Below are positions 9,394 through 20,406 of a stretch of 34,284 bases of DNA, one piece after another. The position numbers were made by a program, and so were the translations under genes. This DNA is from Paraconexibacter sp. (GTDB lineage: Bacteria; Actinomycetota; Thermoleophilia; Solirubrobacterales; Solirubrobacteraceae), in contig JBFIDS010000001.1 of assembly GCA_041603715.1 (NCBI GenBank), positions 1-34,284 of the forward strand, read 5' to 3'. Numbering within the stretch: position 1 is the stretch's first letter; each line of letters begins with the position of its first letter. The notes beneath the pieces were generated by a model. That model had not been told where the DNA came from. It saw nothing but the letters and a program-made list of their open reading frames with translations, and did not search any database.

Positions 9394-9870
9394 TCAGCAT
9401 CGACCGCTGCGGTGCGCCATCAGTCCCGGACCGACGGCGGGAACGGTGTCGCGCGCATCGAGATCTTCGCCGCAACTCGAGCAAACGACGCGCGCTGCGA
9501 CCCGCTCACCGCACGGCTTGTGCAGGAGCTCGACGGGGGGCGCTGCCAGTCCGGTCCACCGGTTGCCCCAGTCCATCAGGGCCGCGTAGATCGGGAAGAG
9601 CTCAAGGCCCTTCGCGGTGAGGCGGTACTCGTACAGCTCGCGCTGGGTGTGCGCGGAGTAGCGCCGGCGCTCGAGGATCCCCTGATCGACGAGCATCTTG
9701 AGCTTGTCGACCAGCACGTTCCGCGCTAGGCCGACGCCGCGCTGGTAGTCCTCGAACTTCCGGGCGCCGTTGAAGGCCTGACGCATCAGCACCCAGACCC
9801 ACCGTTCCCCGACGACCGCTGATGATCGCGCGATGGCGCAGTTTTCGTCCAGCAGGTCGGCGTGCTTCAT
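9394..9870 (-). CDS. HxlR-family winged-helix transcriptional regulator
   Basis: NCAIARSSAVVGERW...YEYRLTAKGLEL...WG, C-terminal H-x2-C...CxxC; ATG 9870 is 6 nt after TACCCT (leaderless-like); 158 aa. Confidence 0.92.
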   Translation of the reverse strand: MKHADLLDENCAIARSSAVVGERWVWVLMRQAFNGARKFEDYQRGVGLARNVLVDKLKMLVDQGILERRRYSAHTQRELYEYRLTAKGLELFPIYAALMDWGNRWTGLAAPPVELLHKPCGERVAARVVCSSCGEDLDARDTVPAVGPGLMAHRSGRC

Positions 9871-9937
9871 CGCCTCAGGGTACCCCTCGCGACGGCGTGG
9901 ACGAGGCGCCAGCGCCGGCCCGCTTGGTAGCGAACTG

Positions 9938-10453
9938 CTACGACTCGCCGGGTTTCGATCGCGCTCGTCGCTCGGCCGCCCGCCGCAGCGGGTGTCCGGG
10001 CCCTGCGCCGGGGCCGGGCACCGCCATGGCCGCGCGCGCGTCGACTGCAACGCCGCACCGCGTGCAGATCGCGTGGGCGTCGAGGGTGCCGCCGCAGTCG
10101 CCCCGGTGCACTACGCGGGTGGGCGGCCCGATCGGGGTGGGCGCGTGTTCGTCACCCCATGTCAAGAGCGCATGGATCGCGGGGAAGAGGTCGAGCCCCG
10201 CATCCGTCAGGCGGTACTCGTGCCGCAGGGGCTTCTCCGAGTAGACGCGCTTTTCCACCACTCCTCGCTCGACGAGCTTCTCCAAGCGGGCGGCGAGCAC
10301 GTTGCGCGCGACGCCCAAGTCGCCCTGAAGCTCCTCGAAGCGTCGCAGGCCGAGCAGCAGGTCACGAACGATGAGCAGCGTCCATCGCTCCCCGACCACC
10401 TCGAGTGCCCGGGCGATCGAGCAGACCTGCGTGTCGTAGCCGCTGCCGAGCAC
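9938..10453 (-). CDS. HxlR-family winged-helix transcriptional regulator
   Basis: CSIARALEVVGERWTLLIVRD...HEYRLTDAG...WGD, C-terminal Cys motifs; starts 4 nt after the P450 stop. Confidence 0.93.
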   Translation of the reverse strand: MLGSGYDTQVCSIARALEVVGERWTLLIVRDLLLGLRRFEELQGDLGVARNVLAARLEKLVERGVVEKRVYSEKPLRHEYRLTDAGLDLFPAIHALLTWGDEHAPTPIGPPTRVVHRGDCGGTLDAHAICTRCGVAVDARAAMAVPGPGAGPGHPLRRAAERRARSKPGES

Positions 10454-10457
10454 GGCT

Positions 10458-11699
10458 TCAGGCGGCGCCCTCGCGCGCCCCCGGCGTGAAGGTCACCGGC
10501 ACTGAGGTCACCATGTTCGCCCAGGCCCCGGGCAGGCGCTCGACGGGCCCGGCGAGCTGCGCGTCGGGCATGCGCCGCACGAGCTCCTCGAGCACGATGC
10601 GGAGCTGGAGGCGAGCCAGTCCGGCGCCTAGGCAGAAGTGCCGGCCACCACCGCCGAATGCCTTGTGGTCGTTCTTCGCCCGCAGCACGTCGAAGCGGTC
10701 GGGGTCGTCGAAGACGGCCTCGTCGCGCGAGGCGCTCGTGTACCAGATGACGACCTGGTCGCCCTCGCTCACGACCTGTCCGCCGAGCTCGGTGTTCGTG
10801 GTGGCCGTCCGGGCGAAGAACTGGATGACCGACGTGTAGCGGAGGATCTCCTCGATGGCCCGGGGGATCAGCGACGGGTCCTCGCGCAGGAGGGCGAGCT
10901 GGTCGGGGTGCTCGAGCAGCACCTGGAACCCGTGGGCCTGGGTGTTGCGCGTCGTGTCGTTGCCAGCGAAGACGAGCAGCGCGAAGAAGACGAGGATCTG
11001 CGAGTCGTCGAGCTGCTGGCCGTCTACTTCGGCGGCCCGGAGGCGCATCACGAGGGTCTCGTCGTTGCCCTCAGCCTTCTGGCGCTCGATCTGCTCGTGG
11101 AGGTAGCCGGCCAGCTCGCCGAAGGTCGCCATAGCCCCGTTGGGCTCGGGGGTGTTCACGGACGCCGTGATCTGCTCGCTCCACTCGAAGAGCCGCGGGA
11201 TGTCTTCGTCGGGCAGGCCCATCAGCTCCGCCAGGACGCCGAGCGGACCGGGCACTGCGATGTCCCGGACCAGGTCGCAGCTCCCGCGCTCGATGACCGC
11301 GTCGATGAGCCGTGTCACGCGCGCGCGGATCGCGTCCTCGAGCTTCGCCACGGCGTGCGGGGTGAAGGCCTTCTGGAGGATCTGCCGGTATTTCGTGTGC
11401 TGCGGCGGGTCCATGTACATCAGCAGGTTGCGGGTCAGGTCGAGCGGGACGACCTGGTCTGGGTGCAGGAAGACCCCGGCCCGGTGGGAGGAGAAGGTCG
11501 AGGGGTCCTTGGAGACCTGCGTGACGAGCTCGTGGGTGGTCACCGACCAGAAGCCCGAGTCCGGCCCGGTGGGGTTCCAGCGCACGGGGGCCTCGCGTCG
11601 CATCTGCGCGAAAAGCTCGTGCGGCGGCCCGTCGGCGTGCCACTTCAGGTCGGTGAGGTCGACGGACGAGAGGTCGGTCGACGCAAGCTGGGTGTTCAT
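10458..11699 (-). CDS. Cytochrome P450 (resembles the CYP124/125/142-like group)
   Basis: I-helix FAGNDTT, K-helix EEILR, heme motif FGGGGRHFCLG; GAGGAGG RBS. Confidence 0.96.
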   Translation of the reverse strand: MNTQLASTDLSSVDLTDLKWHADGPPHELFAQMRREAPVRWNPTGPDSGFWSVTTHELVTQVSKDPSTFSSHRAGVFLHPDQVVPLDLTRNLLMYMDPPQHTKYRQILQKAFTPHAVAKLEDAIRARVTRLIDAVIERGSCDLVRDIAVPGPLGVLAELMGLPDEDIPRLFEWSEQITASVNTPEPNGAMATFGELAGYLHEQIERQKAEGNDETLVMRLRAAEVDGQQLDDSQILVFFALLVFAGNDTTRNTQAHGFQVLLEHPDQLALLREDPSLIPRAIEEILRYTSVIQFFARTATTNTELGGQVVSEGDQVVIWYTSASRDEAVFDDPDRFDVLRAKNDHKAFGGGGRHFCLGAGLARLQLRIVLEELVRRMPDAQLAGPVERLPGAWANMVTSVPVTFTPGAREGAA

Positions 11700-11727
11700 G
11701 TGCTGCTTCCTCCTCGGTTGGTGCAGG

Positions 11728-13251
11728 TCATCGCGCGGGAGCGGCGATCAGGTTCGGCGCAAGGCGGTATCGCTCTTCCCGGCGCTCGCGGTGCAAGCCG
11801 TCGATGACGGCCGACACGTACTCGGGACCGACGAGCTCGGTCCAGCCGGCAGGCCCGTTGGGGTGGTTGAGCCCGACGGTCACGCCCACCTCGAGGTCCT
11901 CGGCCGTCCCGACCGCCTCGCCCTGCGCGAAGGCGGCTTCGTTGACGAGCTGCGCGACGATGCGCCCCAGCACGAGCCCCGGTGCGTCTCCGACGTGCTC
12001 GACGACGTAGCCCAGCGCGGCGAAGCACTCCTCGGTGCGCCGGAGGGCCTCGGGGTCCGTGGTCGCGGAGGCCGTGACTTCGACGGCGCGTGCATCGGGC
12101 AGCGCGAGCGTGTGGAAGCCGACGGCGGACGCGTCGCCGCGCCGGCGGAGGCTGGTCGCGGCGCAGAGCACCGCGCGAGGCACGGACCCTTCGACGACGT
12201 GCGTCGGGTGGAGGCGACAGTCGAGCACGAGCCACGCCGCCGAGGCGTCCTCGGGCAGCGCGAAGTCTGCGCCTCGGAGTGCGTCGCGCAGGCGGTCGGC
12301 GATTGGGTCGTCGCCCTCGACGTGCACTGCGCGCCCGTCGCCTCCGGTCGGCGAGCGGACGGGGTCCGGAGGGCGGTGCGGTCCCCCTGCGTAGTCGTAG
12401 AAGCCGCGGCCGGACTTGCGGCCGGTTCGGCCGGCGGCGACGAGTCGCGCCTGCAACGCGTTGGGTCGCCAGCGCGGCTCTCCGAAGCTCTGCTCGAAGA
12501 AGGACCGGGCGATCGCCAGGTTGACGTCCACGCCGACCAGGTCGATCAGCTCGAAGGGGCCCATGCGGAAGCCGCCGCCGACCCGGCAGACCCGGTCGAT
12601 CTGCTCGGTCGACGCGATGCCCTCCTGGGCGAGCTTGAGCGCCTCGCCGTAGAACGGACGGCCGCACCGGTTGACGATGAAGCCGATGCCGTCGGTGGCG
12701 GCGATCGAGCGCTTGCCCAGCCAGGCGACGACGTCCTCGGCGAGCTGGACGACCGCCTCGTCGGTGTCGACGCCCGGGATGACCTCCACCAGCCGCATGC
12801 GCGGGACCGGGTTGAAGAAGTGCATGCCGACGACGCGGTCGGGCCGGTCGACGCGCGCCGCAATGTCGCTCACCAGCAGCGAGGAGGTGTTCGTGGCCAT
12901 GACCGCACGTCCGCCGGTCACCGCGCCGGCGCGGCCGAGCACCTCGGCCTTCACGGCGGCGTCCTCGACGACGGCCTCGACGACGAGCTCCGCCGCGCCG
13001 ACGGCATCGAAGTCGGTCGTCACGTGCAGCCTGCTCAGAGCGCTTGCGGCTTCGACGGCTTGCATCCGTCCTCGCTCGACGGCTCCGTCGAGGTCGTCGC
13101 GGATGCGCTGCGTCGCCCGATCGAGCGCGGCGAGCTCCAGGTCGACGAGGTGCACGTCGGCCCCGGCGGTCGCCAGGACCTGCGCGATGCCCGCTCCCAT
13201 CGTGCCGGCACCGATTACCGCGGCGTGCTGCACGGGAGCGGGGCCGCTCAT
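11728..13251 (-). CDS. paaH: 3-hydroxyacyl-CoA dehydrogenase, PaaH-like
   Basis: GAGTMG, NTSSL, GMHFFNP, GFIVNR, MGPFEL; 507 aa with degenerate duplicated C-terminal half; start 13251 overlaps the ligase stop. Confidence 0.88.
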   Translation of the reverse strand: MSGPAPVQHAAVIGAGTMGAGIAQVLATAGADVHLVDLELAALDRATQRIRDDLDGAVERGRMQAVEAASALSRLHVTTDFDAVGAAELVVEAVVEDAAVKAEVLGRAGAVTGGRAVMATNTSSLLVSDIAARVDRPDRVVGMHFFNPVPRMRLVEVIPGVDTDEAVVQLAEDVVAWLGKRSIAATDGIGFIVNRCGRPFYGEALKLAQEGIASTEQIDRVCRVGGGFRMGPFELIDLVGVDVNLAIARSFFEQSFGEPRWRPNALQARLVAAGRTGRKSGRGFYDYAGGPHRPPDPVRSPTGGDGRAVHVEGDDPIADRLRDALRGADFALPEDASAAWLVLDCRLHPTHVVEGSVPRAVLCAATSLRRRGDASAVGFHTLALPDARAVEVTASATTDPEALRRTEECFAALGYVVEHVGDAPGLVLGRIVAQLVNEAAFAQGEAVGTAEDLEVGVTVGLNHPNGPAGWTELVGPEYVSAVIDGLHRERREERYRLAPNLIAAPAR

Positions 13252-14744
13252 GCGATCTGCTGCTCGTGCCCGGCCCAGAAGGGATCGCGGAGCTTGCGCT
13301 TGAGGATCTTGCCGGCTGCGGACTTGGGCAGCGGCTCGGTCCGCAGCTCGATCGTCTTGGGGACCTTGTAGCTCGCGATGCGCAGGCGGGCGACGTCGAG
13401 CAGCTCGCTCTCGCTGATGGACCCGGTGACCACCGCGACGGCGTGGACGGCTTCGCCCCAGCGTTCGTCGGGGACTCCGAACACCGCGACTTCGGCGACC
13501 AGGGGGTGGCAGTACAGGGCGAGTTCGACCTCGGTGGAGTACACGTTCTCGCCGCCCGAGACGATCATGTCCTTCAGGCGGTCGACCAGATGCAGATGGC
13601 CGGTGTCGTCCAGGAACCCGAGGTCGCCCGAGTGGTACCAGCCGTCGACGAAGGCCGCCTCGGTCTGCTCGGGCTTGTTCCAATATCCGGGGGAGACGTT
13701 CGCGCCGCGGACGCGGACCTCGCCGACCTCCCCAGGGGGCACCCGCTGGTGGCGCGTGTCGACGATCTCCAGCTCGACGCCGATCGCGGCGTGACCGCAG
13801 GAGCGGCCCTGGGGCTGGTCGAGGAGCAGGTGCTCGTCCGGGAGCAGGGTCAGGATCGGCGCGGTCTCCGTCGCGCCGTAAATGTGCATGAGCGACGCCT
13901 CCGGGAACGTTTCGCTGACCGAGCGCAGCAGGGCGGGACCCGCGGGCGCGCTCCCGTGGCTGATGAGCCGCAACGTCGAGACGTCCCTCGGGCGGCGCCG
14001 CTGCTCCTCGACCACGGCGCCGAGCATCGCGGGGACCAGGAGCGTGGCGGTGACGCCCTCGCGCTCGATCGTGTCCAGGAGCGCTGCGGGGTCGAACGCC
14101 GGGAGGATGACCTGCCGGCCTCCTGACCCCAGGGTCGCCAGGACGGCGATCGTCCCGGCGGCGTGGAACATCGGGGCGACGATCAGCCATCGGATGGCCT
14201 TGTCGAAGGCCCAGGCGCCCATCAGGTTGTCGGCGTTGGCGTCGAGGTTGCGGTGGGTGAGCATCACGCCCTTGGCCGCGCCGGTGGTCCCCCCGGTGTA
14301 GAACAACCCCGCGAGGTCGTCGGCGCCCACGTCGGCCCACTCAGCGGGCGGGCTGGCTGTCAGCGCGGCTTCGTAGGCGTCGGGGAGCTCGAAGAACGTG
14401 TCGACCGCGTCGCCCAGGTGAGACCAGGCGGGCGTCGCGAAGAGGACCTTCGCGCCCGAGTCCTGCAGGGCGTACCGCAGCTCGACCTCCGTGTGCCGCG
14501 CGTTGAGCGGGACGATCACGAAGCCGCCGCTCGGGGCTGCGAGGTACAGCTCCAGCAGCCGGTGGCAGTTCGGGGCGACCACCGCGACCCGATCGCCGCG
14601 CTGCAGGCCCGCAGCACGCAACGCCGCGACGAGCCGGCCGGCACGGTCGTGCAGCTCGGTGTACGTGAGAGTGACGTCACCGCACACCGTCGCGACGGCG
14701 TCCGGGTCGAGCTCCAGCCCGCGCTGCAACGACGCGGAGATCAC
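13248..14744 (-). CDS. Acyl-CoA synthetase (FadD/AlkK-like AMP-binding enzyme, not PaaK-type)
   Basis: YTGGTTGAAKG, YGATE, SGDLG, DRLKDMIVSGGENVY, PKSAAGKILK. Confidence 0.93.
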   Translation of the reverse strand: MISASLQRGLELDPDAVATVCGDVTLTYTELHDRAGRLVAALRAAGLQRGDRVAVVAPNCHRLLELYLAAPSGGFVIVPLNARHTEVELRYALQDSGAKVLFATPAWSHLGDAVDTFFELPDAYEAALTASPPAEWADVGADDLAGLFYTGGTTGAAKGVMLTHRNLDANADNLMGAWAFDKAIRWLIVAPMFHAAGTIAVLATLGSGGRQVILPAFDPAALLDTIEREGVTATLLVPAMLGAVVEEQRRRPRDVSTLRLISHGSAPAGPALLRSVSETFPEASLMHIYGATETAPILTLLPDEHLLLDQPQGRSCGHAAIGVELEIVDTRHQRVPPGEVGEVRVRGANVSPGYWNKPEQTEAAFVDGWYHSGDLGFLDDTGHLHLVDRLKDMIVSGGENVYSTEVELALYCHPLVAEVAVFGVPDERWGEAVHAVAVVTGSISESELLDVARLRIASYKVPKTIELRTEPLPKSAAGKILKRKLRDPFWAGHEQQIA

Positions 14745-15505
14745 GGGCGCGTAGGGGCCGGGGTCTTGTCGAGGAAGGCGGCCATACGTTCGGCGTAGGC
14801 CGGATGCTCGCTCGCCGCCTGCTGCAGCTGGCGCTCGAGCTCGAGCTGGTCGTCGAAGGTCCCGCTGGTCGCCGCGGCCAGCAGCCGCTTGGTCATTCCG
14901 ACCGCCTCACCCGGTGCCGCGGCCAGGGATGCCGCTCGCTCGCGGGCGCGGTCCAGCAGCACGTCGGGCTCGACGACCTCGTTGACGAGCCCCAGATCGA
15001 GGGCTTCGGCCGCGGGCAGCTTCCGGTTGCTGGTGAGCCACTCGAAGGCGGCGGACTCCCCGAGCAGCTTGGTGGCCGACCAGCTCAGACCGGCGTCCGG
15101 CACGAGGCCGATGGCGATGAAGGCGGGGACGAAGCTCGCCTTGGTCGACGCCACGCGCAGGTCGCAGGCCAGCGCCAGCCCGGCGCCCGCTCCGGCCGCG
15201 ACGCCGTTGATCGCCGCGATGACCGGCTTGTCGAGCGCCTTGATCGCCCGGAGGTTCGGGTTGAAGTAGCGCCGCAGACGCTCACCGGGACCGATCTCCG
15301 AGTTCTGAGCCTCCGCCAGGTCCTGACCGGCGCAGAAGGCACGGCCTGCACCCGTCAGCACGACCGCGCCGACGTCCGCTCCGCGCGCGTCCTTGAGCGC
15401 CTTCAGCAGGTCGGTGTGCACCTCGACGGTGAGGCTGTTGAGCGCCTCGGGCCGGTTGAGGGTGATCTCGAGCACTGCGCCGTCGCGGGCTACTTCCAGG
15501 ACCAC
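14741..15505 (-). CDS. paaG: Crotonase-family epoxyphenylacetyl-CoA isomerase, PaaG-like
   Basis: RAFCAGQDL, GVAAGAG, GLVPDAG (catalytic Asp as in PaaG); GTG 15505 with GAAGGAG RBS; 254 aa. Confidence 0.8.
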   Translation of the reverse strand: MVLEVARDGAVLEITLNRPEALNSLTVEVHTDLLKALKDARGADVGAVVLTGAGRAFCAGQDLAEAQNSEIGPGERLRRYFNPNLRAIKALDKPVIAAINGVAAGAGAGLALACDLRVASTKASFVPAFIAIGLVPDAGLSWSATKLLGESAAFEWLTSNRKLPAAEALDLGLVNEVVEPDVLLDRARERAASLAAAPGEAVGMTKRLLAAATSGTFDDQLELERQLQQAASEHPAYAERMAAFLDKTPAPTRP

Positions 15506-16302
15506 TTGGGGCTCCTTCGTTCGATGAACGCGGACAGGCCTTCGCGGGCGTCCTCCGACGCGAAGGCCAGGTAGAGCGACTTGCGCTCGTAGGCCAGGCC
15601 GTCGGCGAGACCGAGGTCGGCGGCGCGGTCGACGGCTTCGCGCGCAAGCCGCTGGGCGATCGGCGCTTTCGAGGCGATGGCCCGAGCCATGGCCTGCGCT
15701 TCGTCGAGCAGGCGTTCCTTCACCGCGACACGAGCGACGAGCCCTGCGCGCTCCGCCTCTCGCGCGTCGAGCGTGCGGCCGGTGAGGATGACGTCCATGG
15801 CCTTCGCCTTGCCGATGGCGCGGACCAGGCGCTGTGTGCCTCCCGCGCCGGGGATGATTCCCACGCCGGTCTCGGGCTGCCCGAACGTCGCGGTCTCGGA
15901 GGCGATGATGATGTCGCAGGTCATCGCCAGCTCGCAGCCGCCGCCGAGGCAATGTCCGGAGACGGCGGCGATGGTCGGTGTGGCGAGCGCCCGCAGGCGG
16001 TCCCACTGCTCGACGCGATCGGCGAATGCGAACTCCATCGCGGTGGTCGAGCTCATCTGCTTGATGTCGGCGCCGGCGGCGAAGGCGCGCTCTGACCCGG
16101 TGACGACGATTGCGTGCACGTCCCGGTCTGCGTCCAGGGCGATCAGGGCCTCGAGGAGCGCGCGCATCATCTCGTCCGACAGGGCGTTCAGCTGGCGCGG
16201 GCGGTTCATCTGGACGGTCGCTGTCGCGCCGTCCCGAGAGACCACGACTGCGGGCCCCTCGTCCTGCTGCGGCTGCGCCGTGGGCGCGCCCGTTGATGAC
16301 AC
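15490..16302 (-). CDS. paaF: Enoyl-CoA hydratase, PaaF-like (2,3-dehydroadipyl-CoA hydratase)
   Basis: AFAAGADIK, GGGCE, GQPE, PGAGGTQRL (both catalytic Glu); GTG 16302 after AGGAGG. Confidence 0.85.
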   Translation of the reverse strand: MSSTGAPTAQPQQDEGPAVVVSRDGATATVQMNRPRQLNALSDEMMRALLEALIALDADRDVHAIVVTGSERAFAAGADIKQMSSTTAMEFAFADRVEQWDRLRALATPTIAAVSGHCLGGGCELAMTCDIIIASETATFGQPETGVGIIPGAGGTQRLVRAIGKAKAMDVILTGRTLDAREAERAGLVARVAVKERLLDEAQAMARAIASKAPIAQRLAREAVDRAADLGLADGLAYERKSLYLAFASEDAREGLSAFIERRSPKWSWK

Positions 16303-16324
16303 AACTCCTCCTGACCGTAGTACG

Positions 16325-16338
16325 ACCGACCGATCGGT
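16325..16338. promoter_or_regulatory. PaaR-type operator ACCGA-N4-TCGGT (paaF operon)
   Basis: ACCGACCGATCGGT, just downstream of a minus-strand TACGGT -10-like hexamer (16343-16348); matches the core described for actinobacterial TetR-type PaaR. Confidence 0.88.
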
Positions 16339-16397
16339 CGTCACCGTACACCGGGTGCGCGAGCCGCGTCAAGGCGGTGCGTTCCGCGGGCGTCTCG

Positions 16398-16952
16398 CTA
16401 GCTCAGGCCTGCCACGAGGAGCGCCCAGAACGCGTCAGCCTCGCGGTCGACGTCGATCTCGTGGGTCATCCACGTGAGGGCCCAGTTGGCCACCGAGAAG
16501 AAGGCGAGGACCGCCCGGCGGACGTCGAGGTCGGCGCGGAGGTCGCCTTCGGCGACGGCGCGCTCGAACATCGTCGTGACGCGGCGCTCGTAGTCTCGGC
16601 GGTCGGCGAGGAACTGTCGGCGTGCCGCCTCGCCGAGGTACCGCCACTCCTGCAGCCACACGGTGGCGACGTCGAGCTGGCGGTCCACGACGCGCAGGTG
16701 CGCTTGGAGCGCAAGTCGAAGTGCGTCTCCCGCGCCGGCGTCCTTCGGGATCGCGTCCAGCGCCTCGTGGTACGCCTCGGCGCCCGCCAGGGCGATCTCC
16801 GCGAGCAACTCCTCCTTGCCGGAGATGTGGGAGTAGACCGACGCCTTCTGCAGGCCCGTTGCCGCTGCGAGATCGGCGATGGAGGTCCCGTGGTACCCCC
16901 GCTGCGCGAAGAGCCGCGCGGCCTCGATGGAGAGTCGCTCGCGTGTGTCCAC
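16398..16952 (-). CDS. paaR: TetR-family regulator PaaR
   Basis: AARLFAQRGYHGTSIADLA...KASVYSHISGKEELL; lies inside the paa cluster; GTG 16952 is 7 nt after TAAGCT (leaderless-like); 184 aa. Confidence 0.85.
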   Translation of the reverse strand: MDTRERLSIEAARLFAQRGYHGTSIADLAAATGLQKASVYSHISGKEELLAEIALAGAEAYHEALDAIPKDAGAGDALRLALQAHLRVVDRQLDVATVWLQEWRYLGEAARRQFLADRRDYERRVTTMFERAVAEGDLRADLDVRRAVLAFFSVANWALTWMTHEIDVDREADAFWALLVAGLS

Positions 16953-16987
16953 GGGCGGAAGCTTAGGTGCGCCGGAGGCGGACCGGC

Positions 16988-18195
<1,208 letters not shown>

Positions 18196-18199
<4 letters not shown>

Positions 18200-18630
18200 G
18201 CTCCTCCTCGTTGGGCGAGCGTGGCGCTGTGACCACGCAGTTCTGCGATCACGTCACCGTCCTGACGTGTGACCCGCACGTCGTAGATGCCGGACCGGCC
18301 GGCGCGAGCGCGCTCGATCGCCTCCGCGATGAGCTCGTCGCCCCGTTGCGCGGGGCGCAGGAAGGAGATCTCGCACTGCCGCGCGACCGTCACCTGCCCG
18401 TCGGTGTTGCAGGCGAACGCGAAGGCCGTGTCGGCCAGGGTGAAGAGCAGTCCGCCGTGGGCCATGCCGTGGCCGTTGAGCATTTCCTCACCGACACGCA
18501 TGCGGGAGACGGCGTGACCTGGGCCGAGGACCTCCGTCCGGATCCCGAGCGTCGCCGACGCGCGATCGTTCTCGCGCATGAGGTCGGTTGAAGCCCGCGC
18601 GCGGTCGACCTGGGCCTGATCCACATTCAC
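18196..18630 (-). CDS. paaI: Phenylacetyl-CoA thioesterase PaaI (hotdog fold)
   Basis: MLNGHGMAHGGLLFTLADTAFAFACN, GRSGIYDV; start approximate (GTG 18630 or 18624). Confidence 0.93.
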
Positions 18631-18643
18631 ACCAGATAATGCT

Positions 18644-18657
18644 ACCGACCGATCGGT
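18644..18657. promoter_or_regulatory. PaaR-type operator between divergent paaI and paaN
   Basis: ACCGACCGATCGGT; TAGTCT -10-like hexamer at 18666-18671. Confidence 0.88.
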
Positions 18658-18699
18658 CGTCATGGTAGTCTCAATCCACCGAACCCTCGGAGGAGACCG

Positions 18700-20406
18700 A
18701 TGACGACGCAGACCGCCCCTGTTCATACTCCATCGTCAGAGCTGTTCGAGCGTCACCGCGACGTGCTCGACGGTGCGCTGGCGGCGATTACCTCGCGCGG
18801 GTGGTTCACCGCCTACCCCGAGAACGCCAAGGCCTACGGCGAGGACGCCGGGCCTGCCGGCAAGCGCGCGTTCGAGGAGCTGCGGGGTGCGCAGTTCGCC
18901 ATCGGTCAGCCCACGACGGGTTCGTGGATCGGGGCCGAGCGCTCGCCTTACGGCTTCGACCTGGGCATCACCTACCCCCAGCTCGACGTCGACGCCGCGC
19001 TGACCCGGGCGACCGAGGTCCTGCCCGCCTGGCGTGACGCCGGCGCCGAGGCCCGCACGGGCGTGCTGCTGGAGGCGCTGCACCAGATCAACGCGCGTTC
19101 GCACGAGCTCGCCCACGCGGTGATGCACACGACCGGCCAGGCGTTCCCGATGGCCTTCCAGGCCGGTGGCCCGCACGCCCAGGAGCGCGCGTTGGAGGCG
19201 CTGGCCTACGCCTACCAGGCGATGTCGGCGGTGCCGGCCGAGGCGATCTGGGAGAAGCCGCAGGGCAAGCGGCCGCCGCTGCGCATGCGCAAGCAGTTCA
19301 CGGTGGCGCCCCGGGGCGTCGGCCTGGTCATCGGGTGCAGCACCGTCCCGACCTGGAACAGCTACCCGGGCCTGTTCGCCAGCCTGGCCACCGGCAACCC
19401 CGTCGTCGTCAAGCCCTCGGCCGGTGCCGTGCTGCCGCTGGCGATCACCGTGGCGATCCTGCGCGACGCGCTCGAAGCTGCCGGCTTCAGCGGGGACCTC
19501 GTGACCCTCGCCGTCGAGGAGGCGGGCGGGACGATCGCCGCCGACCTCGCCGTCAGGCCCGAGATCCGGATCATCGACTACACCGGCTCGAGCACGTTCG
19601 GGGACTGGCTGGAGCGCGAGGCCAAGCAGGCCGTCGTCTTCACCGAGAAGGCCGGAGTCAACACGGTGGTCATCGACTCCACCGACGACTACAAGGGCGT
19701 GCTGCAGAACCTCGCGTTCACCCTGTCGCTCTACAGCGGGCAGATGTGCACGACGACGCAGAACGTCTACGTGCCCCGCGACGGCATCGACACCGACATG
19801 GGCCGCAAGAGCTTCGAGGAGGTCGGAGCCGACCTCGCGGGCGCCGTGGACGGGTTCCTCTCCGATCCCGCTCGCGCTGCCGGCGTACTCGGCGCGATCG
19901 TCAACGACGACATCGTCGCGCGCACCGACGCCGCCGGGGAGCTCGGCGACGTGCTGCTGGCCACCAAGGCGCTCGAGCACCCGGAGTTCCCCGACGCGAC
20001 CATGCGCAGCCCGGCCATCGTCGCCGTCGCCGGCACCGACGCCGACGCGACGCAGACCGAGCACTTCGGGCCGATCGCCCTCGTCGTCCCCACCGACGGC
20101 ACCGCCGCGTCGCTCGAGCAGCTCGAGCGCGGCGCCTTGGCGCACGGCGCGATGACCGCCGGCGTCTACTCGACAAGCGAGGACGTGCTCCAGGCCGCCC
20201 GACAGGCCGCCCTGACCGGGGGCGTCGCGCTCTCGGAGAACCTCACTGGAGGCGTGTTCGTCAACCAGTCGGCCGCTTACTCGGACTTCCACGGCACAGG
20301 CCTCAACCCTGCGGCGAACGCCTCGTTGTCCGACGCTGCGTTCGTGGCGCCTCGCTTCCACGTTGTGCAATCGCGCCGGCACATCGCCGAGGAGGCGACC
20401 GCCTGA
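18700..20406 (+). CDS. paaN: Phenylacetic acid degradation aldehyde dehydrogenase PaaN
   Basis: 568 aa; [51 protein letters not shown]; no fused MaoC domain. Confidence 0.93.
   Translation: MTTQTAPVHTPSSELFERHRDVLDGALAAITSRGWFTAYPENAKAYGEDAGPAGKRAFEELRGAQFAIGQPTTGSWIGAERSPYGFDLGITYPQLDVDAALTRATEVLPAWRDAGAEARTGVLLEALHQINARSHELAHAVMHTTGQAFPMAFQAGGPHAQERALEALAYAYQAMSAVPAEAIWEKPQGKRPPLRMRKQFTVAPRGVGLVIGCSTVPTWNSYPGLFASLATGNPVVVKPSAGAVLPLAITVAILRDALEAAGFSGDLVTLAVEEAGGTIAADLAVRPEIRIIDYTGSSTFGDWLEREAKQAVVFTEKAGVNTVVIDSTDDYKGVLQNLAFTLSLYSGQMCTTTQNVYVPRDGIDTDMGRKSFEEVGADLAGAVDGFLSDPARAAGVLGAIVNDDIVARTDAAGELGDVLLATKALEHPEFPDATMRSPAIVAVAGTDADATQTEHFGPIALVVPTDGTAASLEQLERGALAHGAMTAGVYSTSEDVLQAARQAALTGGVALSENLTGGVFVNQSAAYSDFHGTGLNPAANASLSDAAFVAPRFHVVQSRRHIAEEATA

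Noticed and set aside
11140-13371. 743-aa plus-strand ORF and similar long ORFs (e.g. 30637-33141, 18736-20382, 27704-29128, 323-1372)
   Set aside because: Antisense or alternate-frame shadows of well-supported genes; expected in high-GC DNA and lacking recognisable motifs
11728-14340. Apparent 870-aa fusion ORF; likewise 14741-16372, 16398-18236, 19335-21392, 4223-5827
   Set aside because: The N-terminal extensions are Arg/Pro-rich off-frame readings of the upstream gene; real starts are at coupled ATGA/GTGA junctions or internal RBSs
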